Of a stretch of DNA of 64,000 bases, positions 1 to 13,199 are shown piece after piece. Positions within the stretch are counted from its first letter, which is position 1. Each line of letters begins with the position of its first letter. The stretch covers positions 1 to 64,000 of the forward strand of contig QPGO01000112.1 of NCBI GenBank assembly GCA_008632985.1. The letters are read 5' to 3'. The notes beneath the pieces are model-generated. The model saw only the letters and a list, made by a program, of their open reading frames with translations, ran no database searches and had not been told where the DNA came from. This stretch comes from Psammoneis japonica. Lineage: Eukaryota. Both the position numbers and the translations under genes were made by a program.

Positions 1-1078
1 GCACGCCACCTCAACAATGCCTGAACCCTGAACAATTCCGCCTGATGCTGCAACGCAAATTGCGGCTCCCCATCTCGCCGAATCAACTCACACCTGCCTC
101 TTGCCCCTCTTGCTCCAGCACCATCGACCCACACGGTGACCATGCCTTTTGTTGTCGATCCCTCGGACACAAAACAACCATGTCCAACGCCATCCGCGAT
201 GGCCTCTGTGCTGCTTTCCAAACACTTGCTCCACTCTCCGGCATCTGTGCCGACTCTTCTGCCGCACACCACGAACCAACCAATCTAACACCTCATTCGC
301 CCCTCAAACGCCCTGCTGATGCAAGCATCCAGCTCACCCCAGCCGCCTCTGCTGCCTCCCCTCTTGGCCACCGACACCTCACCATTGACATCACTGTCCC
401 CAAACCTCCCCCATTGCCTGCTCCTGGCTTGCCTGCCCCCACTCTTAACCCTCACACCGAGGCACACCACACGAGCACAAAACGGAAGTTCAACGGAACC
501 CACGAGACCCAACATGAAGCAACCCTTACATCTACCCTTAACAATGCCGGCATCCACCTCATTCCCTTTGCCATCGACCACCTGGGAGCTCCAGGCTGCT
601 TCGCCCACCGCCTTCTTTTTGGCGCCAACCAAGACCTCCCCATCCCTGCTCCACCCGCCCCACCTTGGAACACTGAAACCTGTTTTCAACTCCCAGCTGC
701 CCACGCCACATGCGCCTGCACCCAACAATCCCCGTCTGCCATCCTCCCTGCTGCCGCCGCCACCTGGCAAACCATCTCTGCCAAACGCTTTGGCCTGACC
801 CCCACCACTTCTCAACACCGTCACAATGGGGTCTACAGAGCCTGAGCCTCGCGATCACCAAATCACTCACTGACCAACCAACCCGCTGCTCCACCAAACT
901 ACAATCGCAAACATCAAACCCCAACTCAAAATCCATCCCTTTTCCCACCCACATGACGACTCCGTTCCGCCATTGCCCCGCGTCTGTCCCTTCCCATCCC
1001 CCGCGCCACTGGGTGATGTTGCACGTGAACTTCTCACGCACGCACTGCCAGGTGGTTTCCCCAACCAACAAAAAAAAA
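1..1078 (+). mobile_element. 3' part of RLE-type non-LTR retrotransposon (CRE-like LINE), TA-depleted copy; runs off the window
   Basis: Zn-knuckle CPSCSSTIDPHGDHAFCC, RPAD...IDITV restriction-like endonuclease motifs, A-rich tail at ~1063-1078; closely similar to 44208-45270. Confidence 0.8.
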
Positions 1079-1079
1079 C

Positions 1080-1875
1080 CAAGGCAGTCAGCGGACGGAA
1101 GGATTGCAGACGGAGAGGACAAGGCATGGAGGAAGGCAGAGCAGGAGGCAGCGGAGTGACGGAAGTCAGATGAAGAGGACCAGGGAGGCTTGGGTTGAGA
1201 GCAGATGGAAGAAGACGCAGGACCAAAGAGCAAGCGGTGAGCAAAGCAGCTGAGACCACCAAGGTGATCGACAGTGAAGGGGAGCAGGAAGATGCCATCG
1301 TTGTCAAGCGAAGAAACAACAAGAGAACTGTCAGCAGAGGAAGCAGAGGGGCCGAGGAACTTCAGTCTCGCACTCGAGTGGTGTGCCTCAGTTAAAACAG
1401 GAGAAGAGGGAGCAGGCAGACCTGGAGGAGGGCGAGAAGAAGCTTGAGGGATGGTGACGTCCACTGCAATGTAATGATGACGGGAAGGAGCGGAAAGGGA
1501 GGCGGGAGGGGGAATTGAAATGCCGACATCGGCGGGACGGAGGAGCGGGCGGGTGGGGAGCAGGTTGGTAGGCTGGCTCGAGATGAACGTCATCAGGGGA
1601 GCGACAGAACTCTGCAAGAGGCCCCAGGGTTTGGGCTACCGTACAGCCTCCCCGTCCCAGTGGGCCACTCAAACCCTTGGCTACAACGTTGTTCTTCACC
1701 TTTCTACGCATGTCCTCCGATTCACTTCCTCCCTCCCTTCTCCCTCCTCACCTATACCTTCCTCTAAACGCCCTTCGTCCTGTGTCCTTCGGCCCTTCTA
1801 CTCTACCGTCACTACAGCTACCTCCGTGCCTCCCTCTGCTGTTCCCTTCCGCTCTACATAGGCTCTCTTAACATT
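1080..1875. mobile_element. 5'-truncated, 5'-inverted copy of a related RLE-type LINE (inverted part ~1080-1635 on -, 3' part ~1636-1875 on +)
   Basis: Minus strand reads QTLGPLAEFC...RPADVGISI...YIAVDVTI...LLPFTVDHLGG...ILPSAD; plus strand continues YRTASPSQWA; 3' end homologous to 31250-31430. Confidence 0.75.
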
Positions 1876-3675
1876 CTATTTTAAACAAGAGAGGTGTTCC
1901 GGGAACGAAGCGATGGTCGATGGCAAGCTAGGCACTGAGGGAGTGGGGACATGGCGGAGACTGAGATGCGCAATGGCAGAGCCCTGCTCTATAAGAGAAG
2001 ACCTTGGCGAGCGGTGGTGGGAACAGCCACAGCGATGGTCGTACTCCAACGGGATGAAAGGCTTTCGTCCAACACACGCTATCATTGCCACACTCGCTTT
2101 GACTGTGAGCAAGCTTGCTTCTCGACAAACAGGTCTGAACGCAGATCAACAGTGCCCATGGCGGCATCAATAATCGCCATGGTAAAAAGAACAGCAACAG
2201 AGGCTTTTCGACGTCGGATAGTTGTGAATCGAGGCGAATGGAAAAATTGTGACAGAAACACGGAGAAATCTGCGAGCGGGCACTCACTTGCCACGACCGC
2301 GTGTGGCTCTTGGGGCCTGGTAGGTTTAGCGACCATTCATCTTATGTTTTTTTTGATGTGTTTTCAAAAAGCCACGTCATGGTGAATCTTTACTAATCTT
2401 AAAGGTTCAGCATGACCGGCAAAGCGACACAACGGAAATGGCCGAGACCGTTGCTGTTAGTCAAATTTGCAGGCGCTGGGATATAGCCCAGTTAAATTTT
2501 GGGATTTGTTGTTGTCTGTATCCATCACGCATGTGTAAATCGGATGAACGCAGTCTTGCCATGTTGAAGAAGCGCAGCGCCATGACAGGTGAAAGTCAGA
2601 TTGGATAGCGGCAACTACATAATATGGAATTGGCTCGAGAAATTTGGCACCATAATCGGCTTGCGCTATTGCTGACGTTGTTCTTGCAGTAGCCGGAAGG
2701 ACCGACGTGTTTGATTGAGAGCAACGGACTGTGCGCCATTTACACCTTCGTCCCGTTCACGGGAAATAGCTGTGCATTGTTCAACAATGAGGCGTTGATC
2801 TAAAAGTGAAGGTCATAATATCCTTACTCACTCTCTCGTCTTCTCCTTTTTTAGTTGTACTGTAAAACTAAATCTAATAGAAATATGCCACTTTGTGGCT
2901 TGTGAAATATCTAACCATACATCATCTGTCTTAGCGTACAAGCAACCCCCCAAAAGCATTGTGAATGAACCCGAACGAATGTAATTCTCGGAGCTCGGAG
3001 TGACACATATGTATATAAGACGGCATCTGGTCGAGCATACCGTCTCGTCGGTCGCACCGAATCATGATGACGCATGCTCCTAGAACACACCACGGTCTTT
3101 TTTCTACATGGACGCTTCGTCCGAGCCATAGTCAGGGATACCGTAGCGCTCAAGACTCACAATCAGACCAGGCGACAACACGGTGGGCGGTGGGCGGTGC
3201 CAGGCTGTGGTCCTTCGTTTTTTCTTGTTCAGTGTTGTTTCCCTATGGACTCCTCCCTGATATTTGGTGAGACTTATAGTGCAGTATCCATAACTACCTC
3301 CTATGGAAAACCTTTGAAGAGCTAACTTGAAGATCTGGAGAGAAGTAGGGTATGTACCGTTGTTGACTGGTAAACCTAAGTTACTTATAGGTATGGAGTA
3401 GCAGAAGGTAAAGTAGTTGACTGTTGACGTTGCCGCTATTTTTGAAAGAAGACTATGGTGATGGCAGGAAAGAGTAGATGCACGGCAAACCGGTATCCCT
3501 CTTCCCTTTTCGTTTCCATTAGTGACGCGAACGATTTTCGTGCTTCGCTCTTTTTGGGCAAACAGCACTGTAGGATTAGTTGCAGCAGCGCTGAAAACTA
3601 TGGAATATGCAGCTGGAAATTTCTCCTTTTGATATCAGCAAGCCGTATGCGTAGAGCACTGACACGTTCTCTCGA

Positions 3676-4983
3676 TCACGCAGACTGATACTGGGATCGA
3701 GGTTTCAAATCCTCACGACATAGTGGGCAGCACGTTCGTCTCGCACGAGTTCGCGCCGGTTCCCTTCTATTCTCCTGTTGACTCTGCTGCCATCTCCCGC
3801 CTATCCATCCGGCAAGACATTTATAATGAAACATGTGGCCACACCTCGTCCTCACAATCAGCTTATCTGTAGGCACTGTGTGATGCTGGCTGGCGTGTGT
3901 CGCTTCAGTTTCGTTGTTTTGTGGAATGAGAGGCAAGGTATCAGATGAACCGTTTTCTTCGTCGTTTTCGTCCTCAAAATCAAATTCAGTCATGCATATA
4001 CAACATTCTTTCACATTAGCAAGACCCCGTCTCGGAGAATCATCGTTTCCATCGCAAGCTTGCTGTCCTTTGAGTACATCTACGACGGTTCGTGTCACAC
4101 CGTCACTGTGTTTTCTTGAAACGAGTTTCACCCGATCTAAAGAGTCCATTAATTCTTGTGCTGTCACTCCTTCACCGTTAAGCAATGCCTCCTCCTCCTC
4201 TAAGCGGTCGTGAAGTTGTGCAAATGCATCCATTTCCTCAGTCGCTCGGCGTAGAATCCAGAGATAGATGCAGGGAAGAAAGAGAAGAGGCAGTATCAAG
4301 GCAACCGTGAACATTTCCAATGTCGCCACATAGACCGAGAGTGCTTGGTGAAGATTTGGGCAAGTGGCCGCGCAAGTACTTGGCTCGTATCCTGGCGAAA
4401 CAGGAGATTCATTGTTTTTTACCTCGTCGTCCCGACACGCTTGGAGGAGTGTAACGCCTCCGTAAACGTAAAGAAGACAAATTGTGTGGAATAGTTGGTC
4501 ATACATTCTAACACTTCTCGGACGAATGGGTTCGCTTTCCCTGGAATATTGAAAAAGAAGCGAACGAACATGTGCGTGGTTTGGCGCGTAGGAAACGAGG
4601 GCTAGGGACGCAGCTGCGTACCAATGAAGTGGATGAGAGCACGAGCGCCTCAAGTCCAGCACAAACGCTGCGTAAAGCATCCAAGCCAGGGCCAGGGCAA
4701 CAATGCTTCCAAGGGGAACGATAGGCCACGTGACTGTAGAAAAGAGGCAACGGAGGCGTCGCGCGAGCGCCAGCGGTGCGGATTCGTTGTCGGCTTCGTT
4801 ATCGAGTACGGAAGCATCACCATTTGAAGGTAGAATTTGTATAGTCTCGGATGGCGTACGAATAACTTCCACAGATTCATCCGCTGAAACACGCCCGGTA
4901 GCTGCTGGGGACACAAGCGCTTGCTCCTCGTCAGTTTGCTCTTCGGGCGCGCGTCCGCTGCCTGCTTCCGAAGAAAATAACAT
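3676..4983 (-). CDS. Transmembrane RING-H2 E3 ubiquitin ligase
   Basis: Several hydrophobic helices, CCICM...RCGHMFHYKCLAGW...CPLCR RING-H2 with insertion; first ATG at 4983 (open frame extends to 5001). Confidence 0.8.
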   Translation of the reverse strand: MLFSSEAGSGRAPEEQTDEEQALVSPAATGRVSADESVEVIRTPSETIQILPSNGDASVLDNEADNESAPLALARRLRCLFSTVTWPIVPLGSIVALALAWMLYAAFVLDLRRSCSHPLHWYAAASLALVSYAPNHAHVRSLLFQYSRESEPIRPRSVRMYDQLFHTICLLYVYGGVTLLQACRDDEVKNNESPVSPGYEPSTCAATCPNLHQALSVYVATLEMFTVALILPLLFLPCIYLWILRRATEEMDAFAQLHDRLEEEEALLNGEGVTAQELMDSLDRVKLVSRKHSDGVTRTVVDVLKGQQACDGNDDSPRRGLANVKECCICMTEFDFEDENDEENGSSDTLPLIPQNNETEATHASQHHTVPTDKLIVRTRCGHMFHYKCLAGWIGGRWQQSQQENRREPARTRARRTCCPLCREDLKPRSQYQSA

Positions 4984-5336
4984 TACTTGACTGCCTCTCA
5001 AGCAATTGAGATGGACGACAAGCCATCAGCAGGATGGATGACCTGGAGGCTAGAGGGTGTTCAGCTACAGCAACAGCAACGGTGCATGTGTTTTGCGAAC
5101 GCTCCGTTTTCGTGTGCGTGTTGTTTTTGCGTTGGGCGTTGGGCAGTGCGGTGTCTGGGAGTACAGTAAACGGAAGACGGCTAGACTCTTAGTACATTTT
5201 CCACGTAGAACAATATCCGGGTTCTTGTCCACCGTCGTGTGGAATTCTGAGTCACGAACAGTGATTCGTGGGCAAAAATGGTCTGAAATCTGTCCTTTTG
5301 ACGACGAAACAACACGGTGAAGCACCGGGGCACCAT

Positions 5337-5460
5337 CCATCATCTCAAAATCTAATGGGAGCATGACCCGGTCTAAAGTGTATTTTGACTTGTCAGGCAA
5401 ACTTGTGCTCACACAGCCATGAGACCGGGTCATCCCCCCCATCAGATTTTGAGATGATGG
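5337..5460. repeat. Imperfect inverted repeat (~38 bp arms), MITE-like, at the edge of the TE block
   Basis: ccatcatctcaaaatctaatgggagcatgacccggtct (5337-5374) vs agaccgggtcat...atcagattttgagatgatgg (5422-5460). Confidence 0.65.
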
Positions 5461-5994
5461 TGTCCGACAGATGAAAGCCATGTCGCTCGTGTTTTTTTGA
5501 TGTTTTCGTGTTGCGGTTGTTCCTCATAGAAATCCAGCACACTCGCACGCAGAAGTTCAAAAATCTCTTGGATGCACATCATCCTCAGAAATTGCTTGTG
5601 CTGTTCATCAACATTGCTGTTCATTGTCATCTCAACAACCTTGCTCGTTGTCGGTCGACGTGACGTCTGTCAGAAAAAAATGCCAAAAAGGAGCAACCCT
5701 GCCAAAGCTGAGGCCCACACTGCCATGCATTGCCTCCATGGCACAATTCACCAGCCACGGAAATTGAACACCATTGTTTTGACAATTGGCAGAAATGTGG
5801 TGGACAGGACGAGCCAAACCAAACGCAGCGCCAACGAGCCTTGGTTGCATCTGCTGTTCAAAGTTTTGCACTGTGACCGAATTGCACTGCTGTGTGGCAC
5901 AAGTTCCATGCCCACCCAAATTTGCCAGCAGTGCAAGCATTGTGAGTTGCAACAAGCAGGAAAATCACAAGAATTGCTGCACTGTCATGGTTGT

Positions 5995-8900
5995 TGACAG
6001 GATTTGAACAAGATTTAGCTTGTCACACACAATTGTGTGTGCTCTTAGTTCCGCGCGTGTCGCGCGATGCAGTTTTTGACAACAACAGTGGCGCCAATGT
6101 CACAACACCAGTCTTTTGGCTCCTGCATTGTTTTCTTCCACCCAGTCATCTTCATTTTCTGTCAGATTGACAGTCTTGCTCTTCATCATCCACCGAGCGT
6201 TCATCATCGTCATCGAGAAATTTTTCGACGACGGGCACGGTTGGCGGTGGAAGCATGTGTCTGCCTTCTTCACTGCTGGATGCTGGATTAAATCTACACA
6301 TTTGGATTTGTCCAATGCCTCCCATCATTGGATGTGTTCATTCAATGGACATTTGTTTGGCCAGGAATTCCCGAATTCTTGGACATCTGAGATTCCGGAT
6401 TCCTCACAGCAGATCCCACCAATCCAATCCGCTCGCGTCCACATGCACACGACACAAACCCCTGACTCTGGCTCTGCTCGTGCATGCCAAGTCTGCGCCT
6501 TGTGTCTGCACTGGGTTGCTGGTCTTCTACAGTCCCACAAGGTCCACGAGGACAACTGTGAGAGGAAGCAGTTCGTGATTGCAGCCTGCGTTGGGGGAGG
6601 GTGCATTTCCCATTTGTTCATCCCTCTGCAGCACCAAATTCGGCCGACCTGATTGGGTTGTCCAACCGACATAAAACAAGAATGGTTCGGAGGTCTTGTT
6701 CACCTCTGGTCAGCTTGTCAGCAGGGGTTTTTAACCCGTTGCTCCACTCTCAAGCAACCCAAAGCGTCGCCAGCTGTGGGTTCGGACGTGCCGGCACAAC
6801 TCTGCGGACCGGACAGGAAAGTTAGCACTTGACTGCGAACGGGATGTCATGGCCCGGCGGTTTCTGACTCTCAAGATAGTTCAAGACATCAAGTCAAGAT
6901 TCAAGTCAAGATTCAAGTCAAGTTTCAAGTCATTTCAAGCCCACACTCCGACTCCAGCCAGTTCCGACATCCACCTGGTTGCAACATGGTTCTCACCAGG
7001 CAACAACAAATCGATGGCCTCAAGCACATTCTAGGCACTGTTCTGAATCAAGCCGCAGACAGTCCATTGCGCTCCACCCTCAACATTGATGGAACCGATT
7101 CGCATCAGGACCTTTTCACTTTTACTCCGATGCAATTGGATGCCCTTGTGCACAACAACTGCACCAATCAAATGCCCTTGCCACGTGGTTACAAAGCACA
7201 GACAGCTGCGCTGATTAGCCTGTACACAGCAAAAGCATGTGGCAGCGCGGATGTCAGCAATGACCCTCAATTGTTCACACAAGAGGAGTTCACCAACTGT
7301 CGTCTTAGTCCTGAGCATGTGGCGTCCCTCTCCATGGGTGCAGCACCATCTGCTCCCACTCCTGGCTCGTTGCCACCCAAACCACGTGATCCAGTGCGTG
7401 ACTTTAAACGAGGCATCAAACGTGACCCACTTGCCTTCGCGCTTCTCAAGTCTGACAAACAGTGGCACACATGGCACACCTCCATCATCGCACAGGCCCG
7501 CTCCCAAGACGTCGCACGCATTCTCGATCCGACATGCAAGCCTTCTACAGCTGAGGACAAGGGCCTGTTTGACAAACAACAGAAGCACATGTTTGCAGTG
7601 TTCGAATGGATCTTGCAGAATGACAAAGGCAGGGCACTTGTTCATCAACATGTTGGCTCCTCTGATGCTCAAGCGGTGCATCATGACCTCTCCAAGCACG
7701 CCCTCACTTCCACTTGCGCATCCCTGGAGTCCTCGACCCTTCTCACGTACCTCACCACTGCTCACCTCGGTGATGGCACCTGGAAGGGATCCACTCATGC
7801 CTCCACACTTCACTGGCAGGACCAGCTTTGCAAGCATGAAGCTCTTGTCCCGGGTGCGGACCATTTTTCTGCTGGCCAGAAATGTGTCATGCTTGAGAAC
7901 GCCACTCATCCTGTCGAAGAACTCCGTTCGGTGAAGAATCAGGCCAATCAGTTCCGCACGCAGAATGAAAAAGGGGCTCTCTTACGAAGAGCACTGTGGA
8001 CTCCTGCTTTCTGCTGCAGCACAGTGCGACAGCACCTTCGCCCCCAAGACGGCTCCTCGCGCTCCGCACCGTGCCATCTACAAACATGACCTGGTCCCTG
8101 ACGACCCTGATGACGATGCATTCTTCAACATTGACAGTGATGTTGACATCATCCAAGCTTGTGCTGTGCAAACTCGTGGCGATTCCCTCACCAAGGAACA
8201 ATGGCGTCACATTCCGCCGGACCATCAGCGCATTTGGGACACCTTGCCCCAGTCCACCAAGGCCATTGTTCTTGGCTCACGCACTGCCCACACCGGCAAC
8301 TGCCATGACTTGATGGCGGTCAACCTGCACGACCTCCGCATTGGCAGCGATGGTGATGTCAACTTGTCTGCCAACACTCACGATCTTGCATCAGCCTTTG
8401 CACAATCCAACGCTGCAGCCAATGCAGCCGACACTGACCCCATTCTGGCTCATCTCACCAGGTGCAAGCCCCTGCCACCCGGCAACTTGCAACGTCTCCT
8501 GGCACCTGAACGGCCTCCTTCTGCCCGTTCTGGCGAGAAACCGCCCAGATCTGCACCTTCCGTCTGCTCCAACGCAAAGCCCAATGACATTGATGTCCAA
8601 GGTGTCGATGATCATCAACTGGCAGACATTCCCATTGTCACTGCCGGCGGTGTCATCCACACGCAATGCAGCCCTGCCATTGCCATCCTTCACCAGTGCG
8701 CCCACACTGGAAAGGGGAAGATGACACACTCTTGCAGCCAGCTCGAGTGGTGCAAACACGATGTCAACGATCGGTCCATCAAGGTCCCCGACGGTCTGCA
8801 GCACATCACCACTGTTGATGGATGCGTCATTCCCATCGACATTGAAGCCGGCCTCCTGCACATCGCCGAGCACGTTGGTCACCAAATGACATTCAAGATT

Positions 8901-11170
8901 CTTTCTGATGACACTCAGAAGATTCTCCACCATTCCAACGTGCGCTCCGCTCGTGATCCGTCTGCTCCAAACCTGCGTCTTGATCCTCCTGACAAGAAAT
9001 CTGCTGAACCTGTCATTAAATCCCACCACGACTCCGAGGATTCGCCAGATTCACCAGATGGGGAGGCAATCAGGATGCCCAAAATGCCAGTCTTTGACCC
9101 CGAGGACATCACAGGATGCACCTTCCTCATGAAGCCACAAGAGGATGGACGGTGCCACAGAGCCCGCATTGTCAAAGTCGTTGAGGACCACGACTGGAAA
9201 ATTGGAGAGAATCCTGAACTGGTCAAGTTCATTTGCTCCATCAACAATGATGAATGCAAGGAAGTCCCAGCCTGCAATGACATCATGCACCACATTGAGC
9301 AAGAAGACGAGGACACCACCCTCTGGAAGTTCCGATGCATCGCATCACACGAAGGACCATTGCGACCCCATGATCCCTCTTGGAAAGGCTCAAGCTACAA
9401 CGTCATGCTCGAATGGGAGAATGGGGAGATCACGTCTGAACCCCTTGCCATCATTGCCAAGGACGACCCCATCACCTGTGCTGTCTGCACGCGTGAGCAC
9501 CACTGTTGATGGACGCGTCATTCCCATCGACATTGAAGCCAGCCTCCTGCACATCGCCAAGCATGTTGGTCACCAAATGATGTTCAAGATTCTTTCTGAC
9601 GACACTCAGAAGATTCTTTGCTGTTCCAACGTGTGCTCCGCCCGTGATCCGTCTGCTCCAATCCTGTGTCTTGATCCTCCTGACAAGAAATCTGCTGAAC
9701 CTGTCATTAAATCCCGCCATGACTCCAAGGATTTGCCAGATTCACCAGATGGGGAGGCGATCAGGATGCCCAAAATGCCGGTCTTTGACCCCGAGGATGT
9801 CACAGGATGCACCTTCCTCATGAAGCCACAAGAGGATGGACAGTGCCACAGAGCCCGCATCGTCAAAGTCGTTGAGGACCACGACTGGAAAATCGGAGAC
9901 AATCCTGAACTGGTCAAGTTCATTTGCTCCGTCAACAATGACGAATGCAAGGAAGTCCCAGCCTGCAATGACATCATGCACCACATTGAGCAAGAAGACG
10001 AGGACACCACCCTCTGGAAGTTCCGATGCATTGCATCGCACGAAGAACCATTGCGACCCCATGGTCCCTCTTGGAAAGGCTCAAGCTGCAACATCATGCT
10101 TGAATGGGAGAATGGGGAGATCACGTCTGAACCCCTTGCCATCATTGCCAAGGACAACCCTGTCACCTGTGCTGTCTGCGCACGTGAGCACGGCCTTCTA
10201 GAAACCGAAGGATGGAGATGATTTCGCAAGATGGCCCTTCGTCAGAAGAAGCTGTTCCGCATGGCCAACCAAGCCAAGTTGTGCTCCTTTCACACTGCAC
10301 CACGATGCAAGTGCGGGCATGAAGTGCCATGGGACTGCAGGCATGCCATGGCCCTTGATGAGCACAATGACAACCGCAAGTGGGGAGACGCAACAGACCT
10401 CGAGATGACTCAGCTTGATGAGTGCGAGGTCTTCTTCCATGACTGCAGACACCACAATGATTCCAGTGCTCCATCAGGACACAAGAAGATCCGGGTGCAT
10501 CTCGTCTGTGACGTCAAACATGACGGATGGCACAAAGCAAGGCTTGTTGCCGATGGACACCTCACAGACGTGCCCGTTGACAGTGTCCATTCCGGAGCAG
10601 TGTCTCTCCATGGCCTGCAAATGACGATCTTCCTGGAAAACAACAAGTCAGTTGTGGACAGTGCCACCATCCCACACTCCAAGTTACACAAGTGACACAC
10701 CACCCTCTCATTCCATCATGTGCGTGAGGTGATTGCCTCTGGTTTCCTCGAGTTTCATTTTGTCGAAGGCTCCCGCAACCCAGCTGACATCCTCAGCAAG
10801 CATTGGGGTTGCTCCCAAATCTGGAACCTCCTTCATCCTCTGATGTTTTGGAACTTCGATCCCAAGGCTTTCAACCAATCTGACTTCGAATCTGTCACTG
10901 TTGACCCCTCAAGCAAACTGGGGATTGACAGGATTTGAACAAGATTTTGGTTTGTCACACACAATCATGTGTGCTCTTGGGGTTCCGCGCACGTCGCACA
11001 ATGCAGTTTGCTTTGAGCCACTTGGCTCACAAGAATGACAACAGCAGCACCGATGTCATGACACCAGTCTTTCGGCTCCTGTGATGGTCTCTGCACGGAG
11101 ACTCATCTGCTGTTTCGACAGCAGTGAGGAGTTGTTGTTTCTTCCACCCAGTCATCTTCATTTTCTGTCA
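5995..11170 (+). mobile_element. Ty1/Copia LTR retrotransposon (CoDi-like), internally deleted, non-autonomous
   Basis: LTRs 5995-6164 and 10926-11170 (TGACAG...CTGTCA), 5-bp TSD GTTGT at 5990-5994 and 11171-11175, purine-rich stretch before 3' LTR; gag (FKRGIKRD), RT start (KARLVADGH), RNase H end (NPADILSKHWG); integrase core and most of RT missing. Confidence 0.9.
8807..10190 (+). repeat. 691-bp direct tandem duplication inside the Copia pol remnant
   Basis: caccactgttgatgga at 8807 and 9498; peptide EHVGHQM...LEWENGEITSEPL encoded twice. Confidence 0.92.
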
Positions 11171-13199
11171 GTTGTTTGGTGCAAGTTGTGTGCTGCGACC
11201 AAATTGTGCCAGTGTTGTTCATGCCATTGACGAATCTACGGCGGTGACCCATTTCCGAGCAGATGTGCCATTGGCTTTTTGCTGTCACAGCCGTCATGTT
11301 CAATGTGTGTGAGAGTGACGACGTCATTGCTTTTATCGTGCAGAACAACACGAGACTTGAGACTGTGTGTGTGAGGCTTTGTGAGATTTTGATTGTGTGT
11401 GCGGTCACCGCGCAGATGTTGCAAACACAGACGTGCACAGAAGTTAGTCCACACGACAAGGCCTGCCCTGCAGCATGACAGCGGTCGTCCCATCATCTTT
11501 CTGCATCCCACACAACTTGGTCAGACTTCTTTGCTTGCACCCTCTAGAGAGCAAACTGCACGGTTGTGTCATCCCTCAATGAAAGTTCTTGCGTCACAGC
11601 TGGTGGCACCTGCAGCACATGTGTTCTTCTCTTCAGAGTTCTGCTGCTCTGCAGCAGAGGTGCTTGGCGAGCTGCTGATGACTGAGGACCTTTGGCCCTT
11701 GTTGTGGGTGGTTTTTCCAAGCAAATTTTCCTGCATGATTCTCAATTCATTGACCTTGGACCCTTGTTGGGTGGTTTTTTCAAGCAAGTCTTCCTTGCTG
11801 GGTTCCTCACCAGCACTTGATTTGCCAACGCTCTTGCACCCTGCCCCCTTCTTGTGTTGAGCAGTTTCTTGCTTTTCTCTGTCTGGAAATTGTTGTTGCT
11901 CTTGTTCAGAATTGACGTGTGCTTGATTGGAAGCCTGTGTTCTTGACAAGCACTCATGAAATGTGGTTGAATGGTTTTCAACAATTTGCCAAATCATTGG
12001 CACAAAGCAGAAAACCAAACTTGAGGAAATTTGGTCTCTCATGCACCAGGGGGGCTCTTGACAAGATGACTTTTGTGCACTTGTTCACAAGGATGCAGCC
12101 ATTGTGAATTTCTGCATCTTGACAATCAACCAAGTTGGCAAAGGAGGAAACAACAATGAACAATGACATGGGCCAATTTCTGTGCACACACACCACACGC
12201 CCAAGTTGGTCTGAATGATTGTCGCCATTCATTGGCTGAAACATGCAAAAAGTTTGATTTGCTCATTTGTCAGTTGGTGCACTGCACACTTTGCAATTTT
12301 GAATTTTCAGCCATGTTTGCTTTTCACCCTGGCTCTGTTTGACATTTGGTGCATGCTCTCATTCCATGCTGTTGTTCTGTTGCCTTTTGTTCTCTCTCTC
12401 TGTTCTTCAAGCTGTTGTCCCACCATTGTGCCTTGTTGCATTCTGCCTTGCATCTTGGTGTTCTTGGCTGTGCTGGCATTACATCATGCTCCAATCTTTT
12501 GGGTTGCAACAAGAGTCAGTTGTGACAGCATTTTATTGTGAGATGTGACAGCAAGCCCTTGCAGAAGACAGCAGAGAAAAATTGTCAGTTTGGCATGTGT
12601 TTTGTTTGGCAAGCGCACAATGCTGCTGTTTTTGCCCACCTGTGTGCATCAACATTGCAGCACTTTGTTTCTTGTCCTTGGCTGTTTTTGTCAACACTTG
12701 TCTAAGTTTCAACAATAAAAAAATGGCAAAAGCGCCAGTTTGTTGTTTGCTGCAAGCTGTCTGCTCTCCTGTCATGCTTTGTCTGATCTCTCATCATCTT
12801 TCCCACGAAATTCATTGCATCATTGCTTGTGTGTTGGCTTGGGCATGTCCTGCATTTTGTGTTGTTTTGTGTGGTGGTGATGTGCCCTTTTTTGCCATGG
12901 AGCCAAGCCACCTGGCCTGGTGATCATCACATGTCATTTTGTGAGTGGTCATTTTTTTAATCCTTTTGTCACACTCATTTTGTTGGAGCATCTGGATGAG
13001 CAGGAAATGTGAGTGACCCGGAAGTGTGTCCATTGAAGCAATGGTGCTTTGGATTCTGATGTGGTGGATTGGGTGACACACCTTGGAAATGAGTGTGCAT
13101 TCATCGCCAATCTCACCAACCTCTTTTTGGCTCACTCTTTGGAGTGAATCATCTGGTTTGTGTGAACTTGTGTTGTGGCACCACCAGTGCATGCCCTTT

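Noticed and set aside
2376..2416. 17-bp-arm imperfect hairpin
   Set aside because: Isolated, two mismatches, no associated element or second copy in the window.
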